Shown: positions 14,248 to 31,500 of the stretch, in pieces
Layout of the letters: each line of letters starts with the position of its first letter
Position numbering within the stretch: position 1 is the stretch's first letter
From: the human T2T-CHM13v2.0 reference genome, Homo sapiens
Direction: 5' to 3' (one strand)
DNA: 64,000 nucleotides
Assembly: GCF_009914755.1 (NCBI RefSeq)
Contig: NC_060925.1
Made by a program: the position numbers and the translations under genes
Notes under the pieces: model-generated
Seen by the model: the letters and a program-made list of their open reading frames with translations, nothing else
Told to the model about the DNA's origin: nothing
The model's database searches: none

Positions 14248-14267
14248 TTCAGCACTTGGACAGAGCT
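14248..14267 (+). promoter_or_regulatory. RE1/NRSE-like (REST) site with spacer shortened by one base
   Basis: TTCAGCAC-TT-GGACAGAGCT versus canonical TTCAGCACCnnGGACAGnGCC. Confidence 0.5.
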
Positions 14268-15499
14268 AGGATTTTTGAGCTAATGTGTAGTCGGTATGGG
14301 ATTTGCATTTAAAAACTATTTACATTAAAGTGTGACCCACATATGAGAAAAGACTGCGCTCTTCACTTACAGCTCAGTGGTTTTGGCTCTCTCTTTCTTC
14401 TCATAGTCTATGAGATGAGAAAAGATTTCCATAAAGATTTTATGAGTCCAAGAGAAACATTACTCAAACAGGATTTATTTCAAAGGCATCATTCTTGTGG
14501 CATGCTGTTTAAAGGGGAAGCAAAGCTCATATTGGTACAATTCTTATACTCAAATAAAGTACAAATTTTGCAGAATATCCTCTTAAGACCTACCAAGGGG
14601 ACAACTTCTTCAATTTGGTTCAAATTAGCAAAATATAAAGCATTTTCAGCATCTCTGGGCTCATACTTGAAACCAGTGATAAGTGACAATAAGAATATGA
14701 TTTTCCCCCATTCACCCTGAAACAAGGAGAAAGGTAATTACTGTATTGTTATTTTCGGACCTTCATGCTCTGGGACAAAAATATATTTATGATGCCCAGT
14801 ATGTGCCAGGCACTGTGCTAAACACCACAAGGCAAACAAGGCACATTTTCTGCTCTTAATGACCTCGCTGGTAGGGAAGAGACATGTACCCATAAGCAAC
14901 ACATTACGCAGGGAGAAAAGAGTTATGAGAGAAATAGATACAAGCTGGGAACTCATTCTGGAGTTCTGTCAGGGCATTTATTGTCTTTCTGTCTAGTGGA
15001 CAAACTCCTATTCATTTTCCTGCAACCCTCCTCTGTGAATCCTTTCCTGATCCTCTGAGACAGTCAGTCTTCCCTCCTTGGGGTTCCCACAAATGTTGAA
15101 GAAAAGTAAAATGAGAATAACAGCTACTAAATAAGTAATTATTAAGTATATAAAAACTGTTCTGTAGGAGAAAGGGGCAGGAAATAATTAACTGTCAAGG
15201 AAGAAGTGGAGATGCCTGAATTAGTTCTTGAAAAATGTGGGGAAGGTCGTTTTGGCTAGGGAAAGCAGGAAGCATGAAGGCATGGCAGCATGGCAGTATG
15301 CATAGTTATAGTGTGTTTACAGAATGCCAAGCAGCGTGGGGTAGTTAAAGCAAGGTGCAAGGGAGGGAATGGTGTGGGGAACTGAAGATGATGGGGAGGA
15401 AGTGACAGAAAATGAAGGAGCTGAGTTGGGATGGAGTCGGATTATAAAATCTTCTGTTAGAAAATTTGTTCCTAATCCTGTAGGTGGTGGGAGCTTTCA

Positions 15500-15975
15500 A
15501 AATATATTTTAACTTTTACTTGTTTTTCTGTGTGCAGAAAGTAATATAAGCTTATTATAAAACTTAGAAATACAAAAGAACATAAATAATAAAATGCATT
15601 AGTACTGTGTATTTAAACTACATATTCAGTTTTGTATATTAATTTTTTAACTTAATATCCTATATTAAGCATTTTCAAATTTATTCGAAAGTTTCTGAAA
15701 TTATAATTTTAATCCCCATGTGTTGTATCAGCCACAGGTGCCAGTTTATGGAACCATTAATATTGGACATATACTGTTTCCTTTTCCCCATTATAATAAA
15801 TAATGCTGCAGTGAACATCCTTGCACATATCATTTTGCACCAGCCTCTCACTATTCCCTAGTTCCTTGGTATAAATCCCTAAAAGTGGTATCCACATTTC
15901 ACGTTTTAATTCCTACCATGAAAATTACCTTCCAAAAAAGTTGTGCCATTTATAATCCCACCAACAGGACATGAA
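15500..15975 (-). mobile_element. Old L1M (L1ME-like) fragment
   Basis: aataatgctgcagtgaacatccttgcacatat...aaaagttgtgccatttataatcccaccaacag, typical of antisense L1 3' region. Confidence 0.65.
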
Positions 15976-18126
15976 GTTCTAAGAGGTTCAGTGACTTGTC
16001 TAAGATTAAACAGCTATGAATGGAGAACTGGAGGCAAATGTGAGTACTGATATCCACGGGGCTATGGCAGAACTTCAGTGGGGAGATGGGAGTGGGGTGG
16101 CCAGAGGTAATTGAGTCTGGAGGACTGAAAGTGACTTAGGTGAAGACTGATGGTCTAATGAGACAGCTTCAAAGGACAGGCCGTCAATGGACAACATTTG
16201 CAATTTCATACTTTCTCTAAAGCTGCCTATGTCACGACTCTTCCCACTTGAGAATGTTCAGACCAAAGAGAAATGAAACGTATCTACCTTTCTATTGACT
16301 GTTAATCCTTTGTAGAATAGGGCATTAGGCTGGCATTAGTGATAAGGGCACATGTGAAAACTTGCCTGTTTCTCTAAAATTTGGTTCAAGGAGGATTCCC
16401 CATTAATGCCATGAGTTCACTGCAGAGGTCAACACTGGGCATACACTTCAATCATCCATAAAGGAAAATGGAGGTACCTATCTCTTTGAGGTCACAGCAT
16501 GCTTTCTCAGTTGTTTCCTAGTTAAGAAATTACTCAATAAAGAATGGAAGATTCAGGATCCATAGTTTTCTCAATCCTCATACCCTGAATTTACTAGCTA
16601 ACTTCCCCCTTTCCTTTCTTCCTTCCATTCTTCCTTCTTTCCTTCCCTTCTCTTCCTCCTTTTCTTCCCTTCGTGGCTACGGATGCAGTCTAGAGCCAAC
16701 AGGAGCACCAAATTCAGGCAATCAAGTTATCAAAGCTCCATATCTTACTCATCACAGGCTTGAAAGGGATTCAGAGTCATGTACTCCAGCCTACTTCATA
16801 AATTCTCTCTACCACACCAGCTGGAGGCTGGTGTTTGTCCAGCCCCTCCTTGACTCTTCCAATGGTCTCCCCAAGGAAGCTATTCCATTTTATTACAAAG
16901 ATCTTTGCACTGAGTCAAGGTTTGACTCCTGCAACTACCCATTGGTTCAGTTTCTCCCAGTTATTTAAACTTTCTTCCATAGAATGGACATTTAGCTACC
17001 CAAAAACAGGTGCCATTTTCCTCTCAGTAGGTGATATATTGGTATATGTCTTAGGCTGCGGAGTAAAAAAGACCCGGGCTTCCAATTTTGAATCTGCCAG
17101 CAACCAGCTGTGTGTGGTTGGGCAAGTTGCTAAATATCTCCGAGCCTCAGATGATTTCCTCTAGAATAAATGATGACACATTTACCTCACCTCATTTAGT
17201 AAGGACTAAATGAAATGTCAATAGTAGGGCAAATTGTGGATGGTTGTTAGATGTTAGGTCCCCTCACAGTTGCCTTTTTTTTTTAAGTCAGTATTTCTCC
17301 AAGGTGGTCTCTGACTAGTTGTATCGAGATAGCCTAGGGTGAGTATTGAAAATGTAGATTTCCGGATCAACTCCTAATCAACCGAGTTATAGTCTGTGAG
17401 TGTGAAATCTAGACACTTTCATTTGTTTAGTTCAGAGAAGTATCCATGGAGCCAAGAAGTTAGAAGGCCTTAACACATATGGGAACTCTCCAAGCCTTCT
17501 CAGGGAGTCTACAGTCAAAGACCCATATGATCCCTGGGACACATGCCTTGAATTGGGAAACAAGGCCCCACTTTCAAGGTGTTTCTTTTGCTCACTCTCA
17601 GATAGAAGCCTTCCCTCTTATTATGGAATTTGGACTTGGAAGAGATTGGCAATGGCCAATGAAGACCAGGGCTCTTCAATATAACTTAGAAGGAGTTAGA
17701 AGGAGAGGGTCAGCCCTAGAAGGAGGATGAGCTGGGCAGGGTGGGGCTGGGGTTCATGGGCCAGTGCAACAGACTGGAATTCAGTGGACTCTCTAGGCCA
17801 GGCAGGAAGCTAGAGGGCCTCCCATGACCATAGCAGACACACAGTGGACACACAGTGGAATTCCCAGGGCTTTCCCTGACATGCTGGATGTCAGCGCAAT
17901 CAACTCCATGCCCACCCTCTCTAGTGGATGAGTCTAGGCTCCCAGGAAGTCCTAATACTCTAATTTATTCTGCTTGTCCTCTTGTCCTCTCATCCTCCCT
18001 TTTTCCCTGTTGTGTCCCAGTTGTAAGCTCTCTCCTCACACCTAAGCTGATGGCTCCCAGACATCTATTTTCAACCTTTACTCCTCCCCAAAACTTTAGA
18101 TCCTTACATCCTTCTACCTCTGGCAT

Positions 18127-18192
18127 CCCAGGGGCACCTCAAACTTAAGATGCCATCACCCCAGGGGCACCTCAAACTTAAGATGCCATCAC
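18127..18192. repeat. Perfect 33-bp tandem duplication
   Basis: cccaggggcacctcaaacttaagatgccatcac x2 (18127-18159, 18160-18192). Confidence 0.95.
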
Positions 18193-19629
18193 CCCCTTTG
18201 CCACTTCCTGCCATCCCACACACTGGCCACTCAAACCAAGGGCTGACAGCCATCTTATTCCTCCTCCCGCTTTGTCCCTCAGGTTAATTGCATTGCTAAC
18301 CAAATGATGCTGTTTTTAAGTCTGTTAAACCTCTCCCTCCTCTCAGTCTCCACTAATACTGTCTGTGTTAATTCAGGCCTCATCATCTCTCACCTGGGCA
18401 ACTGCAACAATGAGCAGTTTGTGTCTATGCCTGCATCCATCCTTCCATCCTGTACTCCAGCAGCAGCCAGGGTGGTCTTTCAAAAATGCAAAGCTGATAA
18501 TGTTACTCCCCTGCTGTAAACCTTCCAGCGGTTTCCTATTGCCTTCAGAATAAAATACGAATCATCTGGCCTCCATCTATCTCTCCAGGCTCATCCTCTC
18601 TCAATTTTCCATATCCTTCAGGTACTTTCCCAGGCATAGAAGCTAAGAATTCCCCCTTTGTCCAGAGCCCTAGGCTGACCAAGCCCCACTGAAGACCATG
18701 CTTTCTGATTTCTGCCTCTGTCATTTCCTTATTGTCCCTGCTCCCAATCCAGCTCACTGTCCAATTCAGCATGGACAGGAGAGACATGGAAAGAAAAACA
18801 ACTGTTATAATTATTGCCAAAAGCTGTGTTCTGTTACTATGCATTGTGCATAGTAAGAGTTCACATTAAATTCCTCATTTTAATTCTCACAGTATCCTGT
18901 TGGGACAGACAGATGAAGAACCAGAGACCAGAGAGTTTAAGTAGCTTGCCAAAGGTCACACAGCAGTGTAAGCAGTACGGGTGATTCTTAAGCCCACATT
19001 GTTTGACTTCCGAGACATATCAGAAAACTACGTCAAAGAACACGCACAACTCAGACCTATTTCCAGTGGCCTATGCAGAAGAGCTACCCTGCTTGAATGG
19101 AAACCCCTTAAGATACACTATTCTCAAAAACCTAAGTGCTTAGCCTGGCTTATGGAGGAGGCAATGCAATCTACCACAAGATGATTAAGACAACAATGAA
19201 CTTAAGTCCCAGCCACTGCTGGAGAATATCTGCCTGTGAATTCAATTTGGTTCAATTCAATCCGATTTAATTCAGTGCAGTTATTGAGTGCCCACCACAT
19301 ACCCCATAGGGCTGGTCCAGAGAGAAACGCAGGGGTCCCTCCTGGGAAATTATAACTAACCCAAGCATGGGCACCACATGAGGAAGCAGGAATGGGGGTT
19401 CTGGGATCTGGGGTTCAAGGCAGGAATCTTGTGGTCAGCCCTGGAGCACTTAGGAGAAGAATCTGCCAAATTCCTATGCCAGTGTCTGGTTGGCAGCAAG
19501 CTCTATAATTTTTAAGTAGTATGAATTCTGTGCCCATATTTCTTACAAAATATGTGTATGGAGAAAGATACCACCAGTTTAGTCTAATAGGTATTCTCAG
19601 GCCTAATATATATGAAAGAAATTGGGACT

Positions 19630-19865
19630 GGTGAGTGGTTAAGAGCATGGGCTTGGGAGACAAAGTCTTGGCTCTATTACTTCCTAGCTGAGCCATCTTG
19701 GGCAGGCTAGGTTAACTTTCTGGGCTCAATTTCCTCATGTGTCAAAGGGGAATGAAAATAATACCAGCCTCATAGGGTTATTAAAAGGGTTAAGACAGAT
19801 TATGCATATCGAGTGCTTAGCCTGGCCCCAAAGTGCCTAGAAAGGGTGCAAAAAGTGTTAGTGAA
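19630..19865 (+). mobile_element. MIR
   Basis: gtggttaagagcatgggct...ttacttcctagctgagccatcttgggcagg...ctcaatttcctcatgtgtcaaagggg. Confidence 0.75.
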
Positions 19866-21559
19866 TACAATTCTTATGGTCGCTGATACTTAATAAATGT
19901 CTCCTGAATAAAAGAATGCATGAGTGGAATGTACAACTTAGGAGAGACAGATAGCTAGAGGATACTGGATGCTGAGCTAAGGCTCTGGACTATATTCCAT
20001 GGGTGACAGGAGCCATCAAAGAGTTTTCAGCAAGGAAACAGCACAGCCAGATTTGGTTTAGAAAGGTCACACTGGACCAGAATAGAGGATGGGCAGGAGG
20101 GAGAAATTCTGGAGACAAGCAGGAGGCTGCTTCAGTGTTCCAGGTGTGAGAGCACCTAAACAAAGTCGGGCGTACTGGTGTTGCAGAGAAAGGGAAAAAT
20201 TGGAAAGATACTTAGGAGGCAGAACTGGCAGGACTTGGCAACCAAGAGATGGGAGCAGATGACAACCACCCTGCTCTGTGCAATGTCAGAAAAGAAGAAT
20301 CCAGTTAGGGAATCAGGGGAGAAGCTGATGGCCTCTCTGGAAGCCCCCAGCCACTGTTTTCACCGGGAATGCTGAGTGCTGCTTGTTCCTCTGCCCCAGC
20401 ACAGAGCAGAGGTTCATGTGTGGCCTGCACACAGCGTGGGGCACAGTGGGCAGCCGATGGGAAATTCTTCTGCATAACAGATCTCAGAGCTTACAACTGG
20501 GGCCAGCAGCCAGCCGCAGGAAAGGGTTTCCCCTTGGCAGACAGGCCTCGGCTAAGGGACAGAAGTCATTCCTAATTGCAGCATGTTTTTCAGGGGAAGT
20601 CTCCAAAGCTGTTTAGAAAATAAAACCTCTGAAAACAGTCCAAATAAAGGGAAAGTGACTCCCATTTGTTTAGAGCTACTTTGTGCTGAGTGCCATCACT
20701 AGTTTGTTCTCACTCAGCCTTCAGCATGACTGAAGAAGAATTAGCTGCACATTTTACAGAGGGGGACACTGAGACTCAGACGTTTTTTTTTTTAAATTTA
20801 TTTAAATACGACCATTTTTCAGTGGAGGAATCAGAATTCAAACCCATCTCTTTGACTCCAAAGTCCGTTCTCTTTCTTCTATGACATATTTTATAATCCT
20901 TAATTTTAAAAGGTCTGTTTCCTCGGACATTCACATACTGTGGCAGTGTAAAATGATCAAATGCTTTTAGAAAACAATTTGGCAATAAGAATCAAGTATC
21001 TTAAAAAATATTCATTCTGGGAATTGCTCCTAAAGAAATAATCATAAATTCAGAAAAAAAAAAAGCTTTGCACACAAAAATGTTCCTTGCAGCAATATTT
21101 ATAACATAAACAACGAGGAACAGCCTAAATGTTCACAGAAAGAGGAATGGTTAAGTAAGCTGTGATATATCCACTTAATGAATATTTTGAGGTCAAGGGT
21201 TTATAATAACAGAGAAAATGCTAATGTTATAAGTGCAGAATAATCAGGATACAAAATTGTACTTAGCCTCATCAAGCGATGGTGTTACAGAACCACTGGG
21301 TTTCCATTTAGAGAACTTTCCTCTCCAACCTCTATCAGCTCCTTCCAAATCACTCCAGAGTTTTTAAAAAATAACACTACTTAATAAGAAAAACACATAA
21401 TTTCTTAATGTTATATAATGGGAGAAAAAACTCTAGAACTAATTTTGCTGTTTTTATTGATCTGTAATATAGAATTTAGTAAAAGCTATGCTTGCCTTTA
21501 AGTCCCTCTTATTCAGAAATTCTAGAGCTGCCAAACCTATCACTCCTCTTTAATATAAT

Positions 21560-23560
<2,001 letters not shown>

Positions 23561-23571
23561 TCACCTCCTAT

Positions 23572-23573
<2 letters not shown>

Positions 23574-23614
<41 letters not shown>

Positions 23615-23636
23615 ATGCGCCAGCGTGTGTGTGTGT
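23574..23636. repeat. (TG)n microsatellite, interrupted
   Basis: About 19 TG units, gcatgcgccagc, then more TG. Confidence 0.95.
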
Positions 23637-23959
23637 AATGCCTAGGCTAATAGACCAACTTAATAATGCTTAGGGAAGACAGTGGAATTAGGGTAGGGAT
23701 TTAACACATAGACGACTTTAACGTTTTATTCTGTACTCTCAGGTATGCTTTGAATTTTTCACAAAGAGTATAAATTACTCATTATAAAAAGTGGGTATAT
23801 ACTTAAACACATACACACACACTCACACAATACTCTATGAACACAGCTCTTTAAAAACAAAGCCATACCTATAAAAAAAAAGAAAGAAATGAATCAAAAT
23901 GTTCATGCATAGAGTTTCTTTATTCAGTTTTTCTCAATTTTCTAAATTTTCTTTAATGA

Positions 23960-24357
<398 letters not shown>

Positions 24358-24374
24358 TATTCTTTTAAAATTAA

Positions 24375-25935
<1,561 letters not shown>

Positions 25936-26149
25936 TGGAAATTTATTTTTTGTCACAAATATGTATATTTGTGACAACTATAGTATATACACTAGTGAGT
26001 TTTTCAATAAAATATAATTTGCATTTAAAGTCATTTAGCTTTTGGCAAACTGGAGGACACCATGTCAGACATATTTAATTTCATATGGGGGGATATTTTA
26101 AATTGAAAATAAAAATAGGATTAAAAATTTTAATCTTAAAAAAAATTAT

Positions 26150-26607
26150 TGATTTATTTTTCATTTCAATAGTTTTTGGGTGTACAGGTGGTTTTTGGTT
26201 ACATGGACATGTTCTTTAGTGGTGATTTCTGAGATTTTAGTCCACCCATCACCTGAGCAGTGTATACTGTACCCAATATGTAGTCTTTTACCCCTCAACC
26301 CCCTCTCAATCTTCTCCTCCAAGTCCCCAAAGTCCATTATATCACTCTTATGCCTTTGCACCCTCATAGCTTAGCTCCCACTTATAAGTGAGAACATACG
26401 GCATTTGGTTTTCCACTCCTGAGCTACTTCTCTTAGAATAATGGCCTCCAGCTCCATCCAAGTTGCTGCAAAAGACACTATTTCATTCCTTTTTATGGCT
26501 GAGTAGTATTCCATGGGGTACATATACCACGTTTTCTTTATCCACTCATTGGTTGATGGGCACTTAGGTTGGTTTCTTATTTTTGCAATTGCAAATTGTG
26601 CTACTAA
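26150..26607 (-). mobile_element. L1PB-like 3' end
   Basis: tttttgggtgtacaggtggtttttggttacatgga...cccacttataagtgagaacatacgg...ggctgagtagtattccatgg. Confidence 0.85.
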
Positions 26608-28102
26608 TACTCTCTATTCTTTTAAAGTTCTGCTTACTTTTTGCTGTAAGCAAATTCAGTAAAATAATTTCTCTTTCCCTCTGAGTCTGGTTGGGTGACT
26701 TTGAAGTAGAAAGTGAGGCTGGGCATCCCTGGGCCCTCAGCACCAACTTGAGTGCATTCGTAGGAGGTGAATGACCAAATGCAGACAGGCTCAAGAGCAA
26801 ACAGGTCTGGTGAAAGGGTTCATGTTATCCTATCAAAAATGATTAATGGGATTTCCTAGCATAATAGTATCTGTATAATAAATTGATGATGCTTGATTAT
26901 GACTGTGAATGGATCATCATGCTTTGCATCCATCCAATTCCCACATCACTAGAAACATCTGGGTCACAGCTCTGCCTGGTACAATCTGAATGGAAGAGGA
27001 GGGGAAAGAAATTAAAACAGAAAGGGAGCTAAAATTACTTATAAGAAAGGAGGGGGAGTGGCTATCATTGAGTACTTGCTCTGTGCTACTTACCTCGTAA
27101 GCACAATTTTTGGCACTATTCTATCTATTTTGCAGCTAGGAGCACTGAAAGATTAGTCACTTGCCTAAGATTGCCCAGTGGAACTTGGTTTATCTGAGTC
27201 CAGATCCTGGCCTCTTCCCATGGGCCTTCCAGGCAGAGGATAGGAGAGGGGAAAGGATGGGGAAGTGAAGCACAAAGCAGCTTTCACCTACATAGAGAAG
27301 AATGTATCTGAACTCTGAGCCCTTTTCTTCCTCCCCAGGCTGAGCTCTGAAACTTCTCCTGGCAGTTCAAGAGAGCGATGGAGGGAATGCTGGGGCACAT
27401 CTAAATAAAGCCTCCAAGTGGGAGTTCCTGCTCAGCTATGCATGAGCTCTTTGTGACTTCATCTCCCAGCCTACAACTTGTGAAATAAGCACGACTTCAC
27501 TCAGAGCACAGCCAGAAACATACAAACTTTCCAAAAATATTTGAATGTTGACAGCAGACTGTCTTGCATTCCAGTGAATAATTGGTTTGTATGAGTGTGT
27601 GTGTGACCTAAATCCACAGAACTTACCATTCTGTGGCTATACAAAGTAAGTTTCATAGCCCTGATTTTCCAAATCTCAATGGTTAATTGCCAAGCTAGCA
27701 GGCAGCCATGCCTTTTTCCAGGATGCTGGGGTGGCTGATACTGGACTTTGAGGCAGTCCTCTTGCTCACTGGCTGCAGCCTGCTAGAAGGGCAGGAGATC
27801 AAACATATCCCGATGTGGGGTCTACAGCTGTTGTCTGACAGTGGTGACAGGGACAGGGGGATTACTGTTAATGGGGCCACCTGGATAATGGATTCTTCTT
27901 TTTTTCTGTGCCTGCTTGCTAGGACCACTGCCTACACCACAGGTTTCTGTGGATTCACTCAAATTTCAGTGGCTCCCCAAGGCTGAAGGGAAGGTGGTCC
28001 TTCCAAGGGTCACTTTTAGTGAGCTGGGTCTCACTCCAGAGCTGCCTAGGCCCCCAGTGTTACAGCTCTGTCAGTAACACTGCCTTTTCATACACGTACA
28101 CC

Positions 28103-28578
28103 TGTAGCAGGTGGTGCCAGTGTCCTTCCTGTAATACTCGATCTTTCAGAGTGGGCCAGCTGACTGCAAGCTCCCAGTGTCTGCATCCCTGTGCTCGAAG
28201 GCTTTTTTCCCCCAATGCTAGGCCACTTTGCCCATGTGCACAGCAGGCTGGAAGGGCTAGGGAGTTAATAACCCCTCAGGAGCAGCCCTCATTCAATGAC
28301 TTTCAGGAATTGGTGTATAAATACCTCAGCTCCCTCATTCCTTGGGTGGGATAATTCTAAGATCTGGGTTCTGCAGACCTGGGTTTCCTAGAGTGTCCCT
28401 GTGGGATTATGGCCCAGACCCCCATTGTGGTAGCTGGTATGACCACCCTTTATTAGCTACTGTCTCTTCCCTGTATTATGTCCCTCTTATCTGCTAGTGT
28501 CACCTGTGCTTCCTAATAGAACACTTGTGCTTGAACCCTTGTCTCAGGCCTGCTTTTGGGGAACCCAAACTTGGAAAA
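28103..28578 (+). mobile_element. LTR16-like ERVL solo LTR
   Basis: tgtagcagg start; ggagttaa...ggagcagccctc..caatgac...gtataaatacc(t)cagctccctc; end tctcaggcctgcttttggggaacccaaact. Confidence 0.75.
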
Positions 28579-31500
28579 TACCCTGGTTCCAGAGGGGCAA
28601 GAACTCCAGCATCAGACACATAATATGCCTAGGAGCAGCCCTCTTCTGGGACCTCTGTCTTGTTGGGGCATCCGGGTCACTGACTGGGTCCCCATCTCCT
28701 GCAGGGCAAGTCTCCTCTCAGGTATCCTGTCTTCCACAGGGTCCCAAATCCTTTTCCCCCAAGATGCCCCAGGTACTTCTGTGGAGAAGAGGTGCTGCTT
28801 TGCTCCTGTCAACCACATCCAACCCCAACATCTTTGAGCTTCCACTTCCACATCAGAAAAATTGAAGTAATTCTTGCCCACCTCAGTCAGTGGCCATGAG
28901 GATGAATATCAATAATCGCTACATTATTGAGTGTTACCTACATGTTGTATGTTAGATTCTCTGCTTAATGCTAATTTGAAATTGACAACAGCCCTAAGAA
29001 ATATAAATTATTATTCCTGATAGCATTGTTTTAAAGCTAAAGAAACCGAGGCTCAGAGAGGTTAAATAGCTTCCCCAAATCCCGGAGCAGAGGTTTGAAT
29101 CCACATCTGACCTTAGAGCCCTCTAGGCAAACAGCTTCTCATGATACAGGCACAGAGCACCTGGTGGGAATGCCTGCAGGGTGTATGGGTTTGTGGGTCA
29201 GGGGTGAAAGAGGCAGGGATTGGCCCTACATGGGGGTACTGGGAAATGGTCTGAGTCCAAGGAGGTGTGGGCCAAAATTGGTAGTAGAGCGGATGGGGAT
29301 GTATGGTGGATGAAGTGACAGAGGTTTGGGAGGCTGGACCTTATATTGAGGGAATCATGGGTAAGACAAAAGGTTAGCAGCAGCAGGGCCACCCCACGGG
29401 TGGTGGCTGGGGAAGCGCGGCTTGAGGCATTCATGCAGAGCTTGAGCCCGCCCTCTGGAGAGGCAGGGGGACTTGGTGCAGGGATATGGCTTAAGTGGCC
29501 TTGGCAGAAAGGTGGCAGGCTACACTGGCCGCCCTCCAGAAAGGCTGAGAGGGGGATGCCGCATCTCATCCGGGTCCCTAGGCATGGGATGCAGGCTGTT
29601 CCCAGCCCCCATGAGTTTGTGGGGTTGTGAATATTAAACAACTTTGCAGCCAGGTCTTTCTGGGTTATGGGATGAGGGGTCTGAAGCCGCAGTGCTCAGG
29701 CATCCCAGGGCCTGGTCCTGAGCAACCAACTCCCCTCTCAACTGTAGCACCTGCTGGCACCTTGACCCAGTCCCTGATGAGATACCGTCATCTCCTCCAA
29801 GACGGAAGCAGTGGCATCTCCCCACGCTTCCCAGAACCCCAGAGTCTGGGAGGCTTGCAGGTCCCTAAATCCAAGCTGAGTTTTCTTTTGTTAAGTCACA
29901 GGATAAAGCACTTTACATATTAATCAGGTTAGGAATATGAGAGCACATATCAGGGGACTGAAATATGTAGATTTTGATGATGAATTCATGCTCATCAGAA
30001 AACCAATGAATCATCCTAACTTCATTATCAGGAATTATTTGATGGGGGAATTGGCAGAGGGAGTAGGAGGGTAAGGAGGGGAGTAGCGAGGGGGAGAGGA
30101 TTTCTTGGTTCTCAGCACAGACTGTGTTCTCTTCCATCAGCACATTTTTGCAGTAGGACCATTTGTTTCTGTGACATGGGTCTTACACATGGCCACATAC
30201 TGGAGGCCTCGGTGAAGCTTGAGGACATCACCTGGTGAGGTCACACCAAGATTCAGGGCAAACCAGGTAGAGAGATATAAATAACCCCACAAGTACAACT
30301 ATTTTTACCATTGTTTTAAGATTACCCCAGCAGTCCCTCCTGTGACACTAACTCCCTGGGTGACTTTGGCAAGTCACATGCCACCCACCTGTGCCTCAGT
30401 TTCTTCATCTGGCGAAGGAGAATGATGGCTGTGGAGCAACAGAGCTTTCAGGACTGGAACCAAGAAGAGGGGTTGAACTCCCAACTTCCAGGCTCCCTAT
30501 GAGCTAGGCACACTTTGAAGTGTGAGGATCTGGCTGAGAAGGAGCAAACATGGGCAGACACTCTACTGACTGGGAGGAGGCATCTGCCATTTTAAATAGG
30601 TGATTGGGGAAGGCCTCACTGTGCATATGATCTTAAAGGTGGCACCTGAAATAGGGGAGGGAGTCAGATGTGTGGATATCTCAGGGGGAGAGGATTCCAA
30701 GCAGAGGGGAAAGCACGTGCAAAGGCCCTGAGGTGGGAAGAGCACGCGTGGCATCTAAGGACCAGCAAGGAAGCCACTGTGGCTGGGGAAGGGAATAAGA
30801 GGGAGGGTAGGAGAAGGTAAGGTCACAGAGGCCGTGGTGGAGGGGGCAGGGTTACAGGGGGCAAGCCTGTAAAAGAGGGTATTCAGGCCAAAACAATATT
30901 GTGGAAAGGTGAGAAGATGAACCAGAAGCTAAAGTGGCTCCTCTATGGGGTAAACTGAGGCACTGAGGCACAAGCAATGAGGAGCCAGGACAGGCAGACA
31001 GGTGAGGAACACCACATGAAGTAGGGTTTATGTGGATTCAGATCCTGCTGGAGCCAGGTGCTGCTGTGACCCTCTCATGTGAAGTCTACAAACGCCGGCT
31101 CAGTGCTAGGTGGCCAGCAAACATTGAAGGTGGTGGAAACAGATCTGGATCAGACATGAAGAGCTTCGATTCTGCCCTGGCTCTGCCACATGTTTGCTGA
31201 GTGATGCTGGGACTCAATTTCCTCATCTGTGGAATCTGGCAACTGGACAAAACACTTTCTGTTGAACTTTCTGGAAGCCAGATTATTTTATTTCTCCAGG
31301 GCTTTCTTTCCTGGGGTAAACAAGCTGCTGCTGCTGTCTTTAACAATGCAAGTAAAAACCTGTGGGTTCATACTGTGTATGTCCACATCATGACTGAGGT
31401 CAAGAGGTCACCCCTCCTGCAGCCAGCACTGCTTCCGTGGGGAGCAACTGAGGACACAGCCGGGTGACAACAGAGCCAGGAGTCTCAGCCTCACTGTACT

